Source: the human T2T-CHM13v2.0 reference genome, Homo sapiens
NCBI RefSeq assembly: GCF_009914755.1
Contig: NC_060947.1
Direction: 5' to 3' (one strand)
DNA: 64,000 nt
The notes below the pieces were generated by a model. It saw only the letters and a list, made by a program, of their open reading frames with translations. It was not told the DNA's origin and did no database searches. Both the position numbers and the translations under genes were made by a program. Below are positions 25,001-38,104 of the stretch, one piece after another. Every line of letters begins with the position of its first letter. Positions within the stretch are counted from its first letter, which is position 1.

Positions 25001-27828
25001 TTGGGCTAATAATGAAATCAAGATGAAAAATTAAAAATCCTATGAAATGAATAATAATTGTGACAGAAGTTACTACAACCTCAGAGATACCAAAAAAGCA
25101 GTGCTAAGAGAAAAATTTACAGTACTGAATACGTACATCAAAAAGTCCAAAAGAGCACAAATTGACAACCGACTGTCACTAGAGAAAAAAGAGCAAGCTA
25201 AACCCAAAGCTAGCAGAAGAAAAGAAATAACAAAAATCGGAGCAGAATGAAATTAAATTAAAACAAAAAATATACAAAAGAAAAACAGAACGAAAAGTTG
25301 GGTCACTGAAAATATAAACAATATTGATAGACCATTAGCTAGATTAACCAAGAAAAGAAGAGAGAAGGTCTAAATAAGCTCAGTTAGAAATGAAATTGGA
25401 GCTATTACAACTGACACCAAAGAAATACAAAAGATTGTTTGAGACTACTATTAACACCTTTGTGTGCAGAAACTAGAAAAACTAGAGAAAATGAACAAAT
25501 TATTGGAAATGTAAAACCCTCCTAGATTAAATCAGAAACAATTAAAAACCCTAAACAGACCAATAGTGAGCACCAAGGTTGAATCAATAATATAAAAAAA
25601 TTGCCAACAAAATAAAGCCCAGGACCAGGTAGATTCACAGATGAATCCATCAGCTGAAGGAACCTGCCTCAAAATAATATAAACCATGTATGATAAACTC
25701 ACAGCCAACATCATGCTGAATAGGGAAATGCTGAAAGTATTCCCCCTGAGAACTGGAACAAGACAAGGATGCCCACTTTCACCACTCCTATTCAACATAG
25801 TTCTGGAAGTACTAGCCAGAGCAATTACATAAAAGAAAGAGATAAAGTACATCCAAATCGGAAAAGAGGAAGTCAAACTATTACTGTTTGAAGATGATAT
25901 AATTGTATACCTAGGAAATCCTAAAGACTCCTTCAAAAGACTCTTATATTTGATAAACAAATTAAGTGAAGTCTCACATTACAAAATCAATGTATGCAAA
26001 TCAGTTGCACTAATAGGCACCATTCAATGAACAAATTGGGAATCAAATCAGGAACTCAATCCTAATTACAACAGCTGCAAAAAAAAGAAAAACAACTAGG
26101 AAGATGAAATATTGCTACAAAGAGAATGACAAACAAACACTGCTGAAATAAATCATAGATGACACAAAAAATGAAAACACATCTCATGCTGATGGATGGG
26201 AAGAATCAATAGTGTAAAAATGATCATACTTCTCAAAGCAATCAACTGATTGAATGCAATTTCCATTATGATACCATCATAATTTTTCACAGAATTAGTA
26301 AAAACAATCCTAAAATTTATATAGTACCCAAAAAGAGCCTGAATAGCCAAACCAATTCTAAGCAAAAATAACAAATCTGGAGGCACCACATTATTGAATT
26401 TTGGGTTACACTACAAAGCTATACTTACCAAACAGCATGCTACTGGTATAAATGTAGGCACATATAAAAATGGAACTGAATAGAGAACCCGGGAATAAAG
26501 GCAGATACGTATAGCCAACTGATCCTTGACAAAGCATACTGAAACATAAATTGGAAAAAGGACACCCTATTCAGTAAATGGTGCTGGGAAAACTGCCAAA
26601 CCACATGTAGAAGAAGGAAACTGGGTTCCCATTTCTCACCTTATACAAAAATCAACTCAAGAATGATCAAAGACTTAAATCTAAAGCCTGAAAACATAAA
26701 AATTCTAGAAGATAACATTGGAAAAATCTCTTTTGGACACCAACCTAGGCACAGAATTCATGACTAAGACCCCAAAATCAAATGCCTCCAAAACAAAAAT
26801 AAATAAATGGGACCTAATTAAACTAAAAAGCTTCTGCACAACAAAAGAAATAATCAGTAGAGTAAGCAAACAACCAACAGAATGGAAGAATATATTTTTA
26901 AGCCATGCATCTGGAAAGACCAGTATCCAGAAGCTATATGGAACTCAAACAAATCAGCAAGAAAAAAAATGAATAATTTCATCAAAAAGTGTGTAAAGGA
27001 CATGAGTAGATATTTCTCAAAAGAAGATTTACAAATGTCCAATGAAAAAATGCTCAACATCATTAATCATTAGGGAAATGCAAATTAAAACCATAATTAG
27101 ATACCACCTAAATCCTGCAAGAATGGCACTAATTAAAACATTAAAAAAACTCCCTAGATATTTCTATGGATGTAGTGAAAAGAGAATACTTATACACTGC
27201 TGGTGGGAATGTAAATTAGTACAACCTCTATGGACAACAGTATGGAGATTCCTAAGAAACTAAAACTAGATCTACCATTTGATTCAGCAAGCCAACTGCT
27301 GTGTATCTACCCCCCCAAAAAACATAAGTCATTGTATGAAAAAGACACATGCACACATGTTTATAGAAGCACAATTCACAATTGCAAAAATTATAAAACC
27401 AACTGACGTGCCGATCAACCAATGAGTGTATTTTTTTAATGCGGTATATGCAGCATGAAATACTACTCAGCCATCCATAAACATGAACAAAATTATCTTT
27501 TGCAGCAATTTGGATGGAACTGGATGCCTTTATTTTAAGTGAGGTAACTCAGGAATATAAAACAAAATACCTTATTTTCTCAGTTGTAAGGGGGAGCTAA
27601 GCTATGAGGATGCAAAGACATACAGACTGATATGATGACCTTTAGGAACTCATAAGGGAGAAGGTGGGAGGAGGCTGAGGGACAAAAAACTACATACAGC
27701 GTATAACATTAGGGTGACAGGTGCATTAAAATCTCAGAATTCAACATTATAGAATGTATCCATGCAACCAAAAACCACTTATACCCCAAAAGCTATTGAA
27801 ATAAAAGATGTAAATAAATAAATAAAAC
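22047..27828 (+). mobile_element. Near full-length L1PB (PB3-like) with an ORF2 deletion at ~25650
   Basis: TSD aaaata(c/g)tcaa at 22036-22046 and 27829-27839; ORF1 remnant KQKYQVTYKGKPVRLSADFSAETLHAR; 3' 'ccccaaaagctattgaaataaaa'. Confidence 0.9.
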
Positions 27829-28092
27829 AAAATAGTCAAATTTATAATATCAAAGAGTGAAGTGGTGACAGCCACTAGCTGCAGGGAGAGGGAAATAAAA
27901 TATTACTAATAAATTGGCATAAAGTTTCGGTTATACAGAAATGAGTAAGCTCTTGCAATCTGCTGTACAATATTATACCTAAAGCAACAGTAATGTATTG
28001 TACAGTTAAAACTTTGTTAAGAGTGTAAATCTCATGTTAAGTGTTCTTAACACAGAAAGTGAATAAAATAAAGTTAAAATAAAATAAATAAA
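27829..28092 (+). mobile_element. Host L1MA8/9 3' end
   Basis: 'atctgctgtacaa...aactttgttaagagtgtaaatctcatgttaagtgttctt' plus A-rich tail. Confidence 0.85.
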
Positions 28093-29545
28093 AGATGCTA
28101 AGTAATGCTATATAATGTTAATTAATGTGTATATATGCATACACATAATATTTTTAAGAAGATTAAAATGAACTACCAAGCACAACAAATTTATTTTATT
28201 AATTTCCTCTAAAGCAGGGATGGTGACAGTGGGATGGATGGGATTGGGCCTGGGGAAGAGAAAAAAGGACTCCAGGTTAACAATGATTTTGCTTCGTTTA
28301 TATGCACCGGTGGGCATAAACTCAGAAACCAAAAAGAATTAAATGGTAACTTTTAGTTAATTATAGGTCATAGATATTTCTTTGTTTGTTACTTTAATCT
28401 CTAATTTTTTCTGTATTTCTGAACTATGTTTACAATGTGGAGTCTACTTTTGAAAATTAATGGCTTGGATTTTCTGAAGTGCAAAACATTCTACTAAAAT
28501 GCTTATTAAAATTATAGGCTCTTGAAAGAGAAACTAGAAAGTTTATAGGAAGTTTATTTAAGGGAGATGTATCCTTACAAGAAAACAGAATTGTTTGTAA
28601 AGAGGGTGAGGGTGGAGAACTAAACAAGCTGGCATTGTTAGGTAAACACTAAACCTTCGAAAACTTGGGAGCATCGTAAGTCCTGCTGTCCTCAGGAGCA
28701 CAATTTGCATTTTTAAAAAGTGTTCACAGTAGAGAATAGAATAAAGATACAGTGATAATTCATCTTGCTGAAGTTCAGAGTATTTTTCTTTCCTTTTCTG
28801 AAGAAGGATTCCAACTTCTATTCATTACTGTTGGACACAATACAAGACAAGTAACAGTATGATGGAAAAGTAAAGAGGATACTTCTAGAAAAACATCAAA
28901 TGAAAAACATTTTTCCACTTATCAGTTGTGACTATTTCTTTTTTTATCCATGTGTACTCCCACTTGTTCCTCTAGTATCAGCCTCAATTCTTTGCCTTGG
29001 TGTCCTTCTGATCACAGGTTTTGCATTCCCTCCTTCAATATTTCCTCCTCACTCTCCGCATGTCTTCCCAAATCTCTTTTCTCTATTGCTGTTGCTATTA
29101 CCTCTAATTACTCTCCTTTACACTTTTAGTATGCTTTTATTATACTTCAACTTCGGGTTCTAATCAGCATTGCCTATTTTGTTATTTTCTTCTTTATCTG
29201 GAAAAGTTGCATGCATCTTCCCCACTCCTGCACTTTCTCAAACACAAACTTAACCCATTGTTTTAAAATTTTTGTCCCTTTATTCCCTTTATTTTTTCTC
29301 CTTTTTCATTCTTTGCAGTATTTTATTTTCTTTTTAATTTTCCCTATTTTTTTTTCTTTACAGCAATCCTGAGTAAAAAATGCTTGTCAGCAGTTTATCC
29401 TTCCCACCCAATTCCAGACCACCATATCATCTTACCTGTGGTAAAATAGCTCTTTCAATCTTTCATTTGACTAAATCATCTTAGTTACTGCTTTGCGATC
29501 TGCCTCTTCTATACTAACGCAATTTCTATTTTATTGATTAAGAAC

Positions 29546-29720
29546 CACTGGACTGTAAGTTCTATGAGGGCAAGGATATTTTTCTTTTTTGTTCACTGCT
29601 GTACCTCTAGCACCTAATGTAGTAGGTCTGGGATGGGGCCCAGGGGGCTCCATTTTTATATGCTTTTCAGGTGATTTTGATCTTTGTGGTCTATGGAACA
29701 CACTTTTAGGAGTATACTAA
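29546..29720 (+). mobile_element. L2 3' fragment followed by a MER5-type hAT fragment
   Basis: 'gactgtaagttctatgagggcaagga...ttcactgctgtacctctagcaccta' then 'gtaggtctgggatggggccca...caggtgattttgat...cacacttt'. Confidence 0.65.
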
Positions 29721-29899
29721 ACTTTATATGATGTGGTGTGTGTGCAGGGATGACTCCCAATGGCGTTGTGCTCTTATTTTTCTTTAGAGATCCAGAGAGT
29801 GGAAAAACCTGTGATTAGTTCTAAAATTTCTTATTCTATTGGGGTACCAATGGAGACTTTCTGTCCCCAAATTCCTCCTCTCTGAGAGCATCTCTAGTT

Positions 29900-30063
29900 T
29901 ATATATATATATATGTATATGTATATATATATGTGTGTATATATATGTGTATATATATGTATATATATATACGTATACATATATATGTATATATATACGT
30001 ATATATATGTATATATATGTATATATATGTATATATATATGTGTATATATATATGTATATATA

Positions 30064-30097
<34 letters not shown>
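29900..30097. repeat. ~200-bp interrupted (TA)n/(TG) microsatellite
   Basis: Direct reading. Confidence 0.97.
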
Positions 30098-30304
30098 CTA
30101 CAGGAGAATTCTATTTCAATTAGAGCTCCGTCCCTCCCCAGAATATTCTATTGTGGGATACACTTCCGGTTGCTGGAAATAAGAAGGTCTTAAAATCAAA
30201 CCAAGTGGAGATTACGTTCATTTCAGAGATAATTTCTGCCACTCTACAAATATTAGAGCATCATGATTACCCTCCATGTTCAATGCCCAAGACATATTTG
30301 AAGT

Positions 30305-30706
30305 TGATGTGGTTTGGATCTGTGTCCCCACCCAATTCTCATGTCAAATTGTAATTCCCAATGTTGGAGGTGGGGCCTGGTGAGACGTCATTGGATCATG
30401 GGTGTAGTCCTTCATGAATGGTTGAGCACCATCCTCTTGGTGCTGTTCTTGTGATAGTATGTGAGTGAGTTATAATGAGAACTGGTTGTTTAAAACTGTG
30501 TAGCACCTCCTTCTACATTCTCTCTTGCTCCTGCTCCCCCTTCACATTCCGCCATGATTCTAAGTTTCCTGAGGCCTCCTCAGAAGCTGAGCAGAAGCTG
30601 TTGTGCCTCCTGCATAGCCTGCAGAACCATGAGCCAATTAAACCTAATTTATAAATTACTCAGTCTCAGGTATGTCTCTATAGCAATGTGAGAATGGACT
30701 GATACA
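30305..30706 (+). mobile_element. MSTA/MSTB solo LTR
   Basis: 'tgatgtggtttggatctgtgtccccaccc...gactgataca'; TSD gaagt/aaagt. Confidence 0.88.
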
Positions 30707-32849
30707 AAAGTTATATTTTGAAAAGCTAAAACAAAAATAAAAATAGGAAAAAATATATTTCAAAAATGCAAACATTATCGGCATTCTGACTTGTCCTTAT
30801 TTTTTTTCACCTTCATGGACATTTAAAAAAATTTGAAATAAAGGCATAACCAAATCAATGCCATAATGCAATCTCTACTTATATAGCTTGTGGTTCATAC
30901 AAAAATGTCCTTCCCGGTAATCATAGGAATTGCCTGAGTATAGTTCAATTTTTAAAGGTATTAGCATCCTTCAAATTGACATCACTTCAAAAAATAAAAA
31001 TAAAAAAGATTTAAGCTAACACATTTTTCCAGTGTAATATATCTATACATTAAGGCATCAACGTAGCACTAAGGTTCCCAGGCATTACCGGAACTAGTAC
31101 AGATGGACATTTCTTGTCAATAGCTCACAGAATGTCAACAAGCCCAAAACTGCTTATGGTAATAAAGACTCTGAGATTGTGGAAGGTTAATTTACTTAAG
31201 AATTGTATTACATATCAAATATCTTGTTTAAGCCTAAAATCTTAATGACTGAGTTTTAGATTTCACAAAATTTAACAAATATAATGTGAATACGTTTCCA
31301 ATTATCCATTTGTTTTGTTTTGTTTTTTGCAGTTCTCTGGAGACAGATCTCCATTTATTTCCAGACTCAATGAACTGACCAGCAGATGTCATTATTGCTA
31401 TTTTAAAATGTTCTTAACAAAGGAAACAGGGAGTAGCAAAACAAACTGGCCGAATATTGCTTTTTACATTAAAAAAAGGTGTTCTCCTTTTACTTATGAT
31501 TTATACTGCATAGATATGAAAAAGATCTGCATCACTTACTTTTAAATACTGAACAAAGTATGCCCTTTGGAGAAAGTGTTACATGCCAATAAAATTAATA
31601 ATGTGCAGTTACACACAAGTTCAGTACTTGTGATTATATCAACCATTTAGGGCTTTTTAGTTAGTGTGATAGCTTTTTTCCCCTAGATGCCATATGTATG
31701 TTTTCAAGATGATGGCATTAAACAATTAATAATTTACTTAATTGTTACATTTAGGGAGGCTGTTTTATTTTCTTTTGGCAACATTCAGCAATATGCTTAT
31801 CTTTAATAAGTTCCTACAAGATGGAGATGATTATAGGAGTTAAGAGGAGAAAGATTTTGATAAATCTTCTACAAAAATAAATACCTTCACTAGTTCTGAA
31901 TAATGTAAACAGTCTGGAAATAGAAGGCCTTTGCTAAGATTTACAGGGAGTTTTGAATTCTAGTTCACAATACAGATATACAAAGTGCTGATGATTTCTA
32001 ACTCACTACCAAGCTTACAACACAGTCAATATTTATCATTCCATTTCTTCCTGCAAGTTAAAAAAACCCAACAAACTAAATAAAGTCACAATAATAGTCC
32101 AGACATGCTCTGTCTCTGCCTGTGCCCTGTCTCATCAACTCAGAACTTTCCGCTTCCCTTCAAGTCTCCTTCCCACAAATATTTTTGGGAATTTCCTAGA
32201 GGAGAGCCCTCATGAGTTAACGAGTAGCCCTCACAGTTGCCATCTGGAGTTTGCCATTTTTCTTCTCAAGGCAGCAGATGCTTTCATTTGCTTATTTTGA
32301 TGATCTATGTCAAGGTTGAGTTTGAGAGTCAGACATTAATTAACAGTGTCTCTTGTACAGATGACATTAAAAAAAATAAACATCTAATGGGGTGTTTGTT
32401 ATAAGAACCCAAAGTGGAGGTAATATTTGTGAACAAAGTCCTCTTAAATACAACAAAACACCAAGAAGGTGTCTTGCTGCTATTGCCACTAGAGAGTGTC
32501 TCCAAATCACTGATACTGATGGTGCTATAGATACATAAAGCCCCTCAGGTCATTGACGTCATGTTATGTTCTGTGGTGAAAAGGAAAAACAAAATTCTTC
32601 TCTTTCACCTTTTCTTTATTACTATGGTCCCAATTTGGCACTGTATTTTGCTCACAGATATTTGTGTGTAAGTTGTTCTTTTCATTTCTACTCAGTAATC
32701 TCTTCGTAGGCTTGGGGGACTTGACAGAAAATTATGTAAATGACATACAGCTACTCTATTTAAACTGTTCCTCTGCCTTATTTGCCAGGGCAATACTACT
32801 ATTATGAAACTTCCATGACTGACTCTCCTTTGCTCCAGTAATCATACCA

Positions 32850-33060
32850 TCATAGCTAATAATTTTAATAATGTTATTCATCAAGCACTATGTAAAATGC
32901 TTTTTATTTTAATTCCCTGAAAGTCTCTCAGAGTTAGATTTTACAGAATTGGAAACAATAACAGAAAAACTAAAGGACAAGCCAAATAACATGTGACTAG
33001 TAAGTGGCAAAGCTAGAGTTCAAAGTAGTGTCTACCTCTAGTGCCTGAGTTTATGTCACT
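32850..33060 (-). mobile_element. MIR fragment
   Basis: 'ttttacaga...acatgtgactagtaagtggcaaagctagagttcaaa'. Confidence 0.55.
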
Positions 33061-33124
33061 AATCTAACAAGCCCCACAGTGGTCCTTTTAGAATGTGTCA
33101 AGCACCCAGTAATCACAGATGTAA

Positions 33125-34116
33125 TGTGGGGGAAAGAAAGAGAGATCAGACTGTTACTTTGTCTATGTAGAAAAAGGAAGACATAAGAAACTCCATTTTG
33201 ATCTGTACTAAGAAAAATTCTTTTGCCTTGAGATGCTGTTAATCTGTAACCCTAGCCCCAACCCTGTGCTCCCAGAAACATGTGCTGTATTGACTCAAGG
33301 TTTAATGGATTTAGGGCTGTGCAGAATGTGCTTTGTTAAAAATGTGTTTGCAGGCAGTATGCTTGATAAAAGTCGCCGCCATTCTCCAATCTCGAGTACC
33401 CAGGGACACAATGCACTGCGGAAGGCTGCAGGGACCTCTGCCCAAGAAGGCCTGGGTATTGTCCAAGGTTTCTCCCCACTGAGACAGCCTGAGATATGGC
33501 CTTGTGGGAAGGGAAAGACCTGACCATCCCCCAGCCCGACATCCGTAAAGGGTCTGTGCTGAGGAGGATTAGTGAAAGAGGAAGGCCTCTTTGCAGTTGA
33601 GATAAGAGGAAGGCATCTGTCTCCTGCTCGTCCCTGAGAATGGAGTGTCTCAGTGTAAAACTCGATTGAACATTCTATTTACTGGGATAGGAGAAAACTG
33701 CCTTATGGCTGGAGGTGAGACATGCTGGTGGCAATACTGCTCTTTACTGCACTGAGATGTTTGTGTAAAGTCAAACGTAAATCTGGCCTATGTGCACATT
33801 GAGGCACAGCACTTTTCCTTAAACTTATTTATGACACAGAATCATTTGCTCACATGTTTTCCTGCGGACCCTCTCCCCACCATTACCCTATAGTCCTGCC
33901 ACTTCCCCCTCGCAGAGATGGTAGAGATAGTGATCAATACATACTGAGGGAACTCAGAGACTGGTGCCGGTGCGGGTCCTCCGTATGCTAAGCGCCGGTC
34001 CTCTGGGCCCACTTTTCTTCCTCTATACTTTGTCTCTGTGTCTTATTTCTTTTCTCAGTCTCTCATCTCCACCTTTCGAGAAACACCCACAGGTGTGAAG
34101 GGGCAGGCCCCCGTCA
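33125..34116 (+). mobile_element. HERV-K(HML-2) solo LTR, LTR5B-like
   Basis: 'tgtgggggaaagaaagagagatcagactgttact...cccacaggtgtgaaggggcaggcccccgtca'; 992 bp; degenerate 6-bp TSD atgtaa/tcataa. Confidence 0.93.
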
Positions 34117-34814
34117 TCATAAAACGTCTTTTTTTAATTTCTCTGTGTAAAGATTAATCAAAAAAATGGAGCCAACAAAAATCTTTGAGATTATCAATTC
34201 TAGCCCCACATTTTACTGAGAAAGAAATTCATACCTACACTTGGGAAGTGAGTGAATTAAATGAGAAGAAAGTCGCTTCATCTGTTTGCCTTATAATTCT
34301 GTAACAGCCCTAAGGTTATGGGTAAAACTGCCATTTCGTTTGTATATGCATTTAGGTCCAGATATAAAATCATTCTCCATCTTACCACATTATTGGTATC
34401 GTAACCCAAGAGAAAATGTGTCACATGGGAAAGCACATCTCTGAAGACAGGAGATGAGGGAGAATTTCATGACTAAGTTGCCACCATTCTCCCCTACTTG
34501 CAGTCTGGTTGCAGTAATGAGGCTACAGGGTTTAGTTCCAGGAAGACATCCTTCAACATCAGGGACAGATATGTTAACGTGAAGGGATTTAACACTATTA
34601 CCTGAAACAGAGCACTTCACTCATACATTTTAGAGAAATGTTTCTTGAACTGGTCTACTATATCATGTTAGCCACTCAATTATGCCTGGCCAATACTTAA
34701 TGTACTAGGGAATAAAAACTACCACAAAGTGGACAACTTTCTGTTCATATCCAAAGATGTTTTCTAGGTTTTTCCAGTTCTACTGGCCCTCTGCATCCAC
34801 TGAAGGAAGATGAA

Positions 34815-35040
34815 AACTTAACATTTACCATATGCCAATTATGGGGTCAAGTACAGTGCATATATTATTTCACTCAATACCCAGAACAGCCCAATCTAAT
34901 AGGTACCATTATTATCTCCATTTTATAGATGAGGTTACAGATGAGAATTTAAATAAATTTCTCAAGTTGTTAGTAAGTGTTGGAGCTGAGTTGAATCAAA
35001 GCTTTTCTCAGTCCAAATTATCATATCCTCTACCATGTTT
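34815..35040 (-). mobile_element. MIR SINE
   Basis: 'aggtaccattattatctccattttatagatgagg...agtaagtgttggagctgag'. Confidence 0.75.
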
Positions 35041-35666
35041 CCTCTGTTGGGGGAGATCTTAAAAATGTCTAAACTAGAAATTAATAGGGACCAAAAAGAA
35101 GAAAAACATCACCAGGTAAATCTCATTTCCTTACTATGTAGCCTCTGAAGTCAACTCCATAATCAAGTTGCTGATTAGTGACATATGGTTGCATTTTAAA
35201 ACAAAGTACAATAATTTAACACTGAGGATGCTTTTCTTGTTTACTTCTTTTCTCACAAGACTTGCATTTTCTGATCACAACTATGAAATAAGTTACAACC
35301 TAATTTTAATTAAGCCATTTCTCTGAATTAAAAATATCAAAGTCATAACAGAGTTTATTGTTGCTTTTTCTACATTTAAGAATTGCTTTATTGACAATAC
35401 ATGGAGGTTATGTATGCCTAGAGCTTCAAATGAAGGTTTATTTGTCTTTCTGCTAATCATGAATCAAGCTGTTTGCGTCAATTTTAAATCACTTTGGAGT
35501 CAGTCTACTGTATACTTTATAGGTGAAAAATCTTTATTCCTGATAGCCTCTGTAGCAACCTCCTTCCAAAAAAATATGCACTTAATAACCTACTAGTCTC
35601 TAGGGTGAGTAGTTTTCAATGTTTGTGAGAGTGAGCAATTAATTACTTTTAGTTTACTAACAGAGA

Positions 35667-38104
35667 TGACATGGTTTAGATTTGTGCCCATGACCAACTC
35701 TCATGTTGAATTGTAATCCCCAATGTTGGAGGAGGGGCCTGGTGGGAGGTGATTTGATCATGGGGGCAGATTTCCCCCTTGATATTCTCATGATAGTGAG
35801 TTATCATGAAATCTTGTTATTTAAAAGTGTGTAACACCTTTCCATTCTCTCTTTTCCTCTTGCTCTAGCCATGTAAGATGTGCCTGCTTCCACTTCCACC
35901 ATAATTGAAAGTTTTCTGAGGCCTCCCCAGCCAAGCTTCCTGTACAGCCTGCAGAACCATGAGCCAATTAAACCTCTTTTATTTATAAATTACCCAGTTT
36001 CACGTATTTCTTTATAGTAGTGCCAGAAGGAACTAATACAGAAAATTGGTACCAGATATGGGGCATTACTATAAAGATACCTAAAAATGTGGAAGTAACT
36101 TTGAAGTTGGGTAACTGGCAGAGGCTGGAAGAGTGTGGAGGGCTCAGAAGAAGACAGAAAGATGTGGCAAAGTTTGAAACTTCCTGGAGACTTCTTAAAA
36201 CTGTTGTGGCCAAAATGCTGACAGTGATATGGACAATGAAATCCAGGCTGAGAAGGTCTCAGATGGGGATGAGGAACTTATTGGCAACTGGAGCAAAGGT
36301 CACTTTTCCTACGCATTAGCAAAGAGGTTAGAGGCATTGTGACCCTGTCCTAGAAATCTATGAAAATTTGAACTTGAATGTGATTATTTAGGATATCTGG
36401 TGGAAGAAATTTCTAGAAAGAAAAGCAGTCAAAATGTGGCCTGTCTGCTTCTAGCAGCCTATTCTCACATTCATGAGCAAACAAATAATGTAAAACTGAA
36501 ACTTCTAAAAATAAGGGAAGTAGAACATAAAAGTCAGGAAAATTTGTAGCCTTGCCATGCAGCAGAAAAGAAAAACCTATTTTCAAGGGAGGAATTCAAG
36601 ACTGCTTTAGAAAATTGACATAAATATTAGGTTGGTGCAAAAGTAATTGCGGTTTTTCCCATTACTTTCAATGGCAAATGCTGCAATTACTTGTGCACCA
36701 ACCTATAAAAGGACAGCAAGTACTAATAGCCAAGACAGTGAAAAAAGGTTCTGAAGGCATTTTAGAGACCTTCACAGTAGTCCCTCCTATTATACACCTG
36801 GAGGCCTAGGAAAAAAGAAGAGTTTTATGGGCCAGGCCCATGGCCCCACTGCCCTGCACAGGCTCAGGACACTGCCTCCTGCATGCAACTGCTCCAGCCC
36901 CAGCCATGGCTCAAAATGTCCCAGGTACTCAGGCTGCTGCTTCAGAGGGCAAAAGCTATACACCCTGGTGGTTTCCAGGTGGTGTTAAGCCTGCGGGTGC
37001 ACAGAGTACAAGAGTTGAGGTATGGGAGGCTCTGCCTAAATTTCAGAAAATCTAGGTGAAAGCCTGGATGTCAAAGCAGAAGTCTGCTGCTGAGGTCAAG
37101 CCCTCATGGACAACCTCTACTAGGGCAGTGTGGAAGGGAAATGTGGGGTTGTAGCTCCCACACAGAGTCCACATTGGGGCAATGCCTGGTGGAGCTGTAA
37201 GAAGAAAGTCATTATCCTCCAGGCTACGGAATGGTAGAGTCACTGTCAGCTTGCACTGTGTGCCTGGAAAAGCTACATGCACTCAACACAAGCCCTTGAG
37301 ATCAGCTGTGGAAGCTAAGTCCTGCAGAGCCACAGTAACAGAGATGCCCAAGGCCTTGGAAATCCAGCTTTGCATCAGGGTGGCCTGGATATGAGACATG
37401 GAGTCAATAGATTATTTTGGAGCTTTAAGATTTAATGACTATCCTGCTGGGTTTTGGTCTTGCATGGGGCATGTAGCCCCTTTCTTTTGGCCAAATTCTC
37501 CCTTTTGGAACAGGAGTATTTACTCAATGCCTGTACTCTCATTGTATCATGGAAATAATTAGCTTATTTTACAAGCTCATAGGGGGAAGAAACTTGCCTG
37601 CCTCAGATGAGACTTTGGACTGTGGATTTTTGAGTTTATGCTGAAATGAATTAAGACTTGGGGAAGTATTGAAAATGAATGATTGTATTTTGTAATGGGA
37701 GAAGGACATGAGATTTAGGAGGAGCCAGGGTTGGAATGATATGGTTTCCATTTGTATTCCCACCCAAATGTCATGTTGAATTGTAATCCCCAATGTTAGA
37801 GGATGGGCTTGGTAGGAGTTGATTGGATCATGAGGGTGTATTTCCTTCTTGCTGTTATTTTGACAGTGAGTTCTTATGAGATCTGGTTGCTTAAAAGGAT
37901 GCAGCACCTCCCACTTCTCTCTCTTTCTCCTGCTCTGGGCAGGTAAGACATGCCTGCTTCTGCTTCTGTCATATTTGAAAGTTTCCTGAGGCCTCCCCAG
38001 CCATGCTTTCTTTATGGCCTCCAGAACTGTGATTCAATTAACTCTTTTCTTTATACAATACCCAGTTTACAGTATTTCTTTGTACCAGTGCAAGAACTAA
38101 TACA
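35667..38104 (+). mobile_element. Full-length MSTA MaLR element (LTR 35667-36040, internal region, LTR 37737-38104)
   Basis: Two homologous LTRs TG...CA; MST-int 'gaaaattggtacca'; perfect TSD agaga at 35662-35666 and 38105-38109. Confidence 0.93.
36627..36705. mobile_element. MADE1 MITE (Hsmar1-derived palindrome)
   Basis: 'ttaggttggtgcaaaagtaattgcggttttt...gcaattacttgtgcaccaaccta' flanked by TA. Confidence 0.93.

Noticed and set aside
29300-29440. Strong plus-strand acceptor at 29363 and minus-strand donor at ~29431
   Set aside because: Low-complexity pyrimidine-rich context, no convincing partner site, frames closed.
29839-30193. Tyr/Ile-rich ORFs
   Set aside because: Read-through of the (TA)n repeat.
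31305-31545. Acceptor-like 'ttttttgcag' at 31332 with a 76-aa ORF
   Set aside because: No recognisable protein similarity and no clear donor site.
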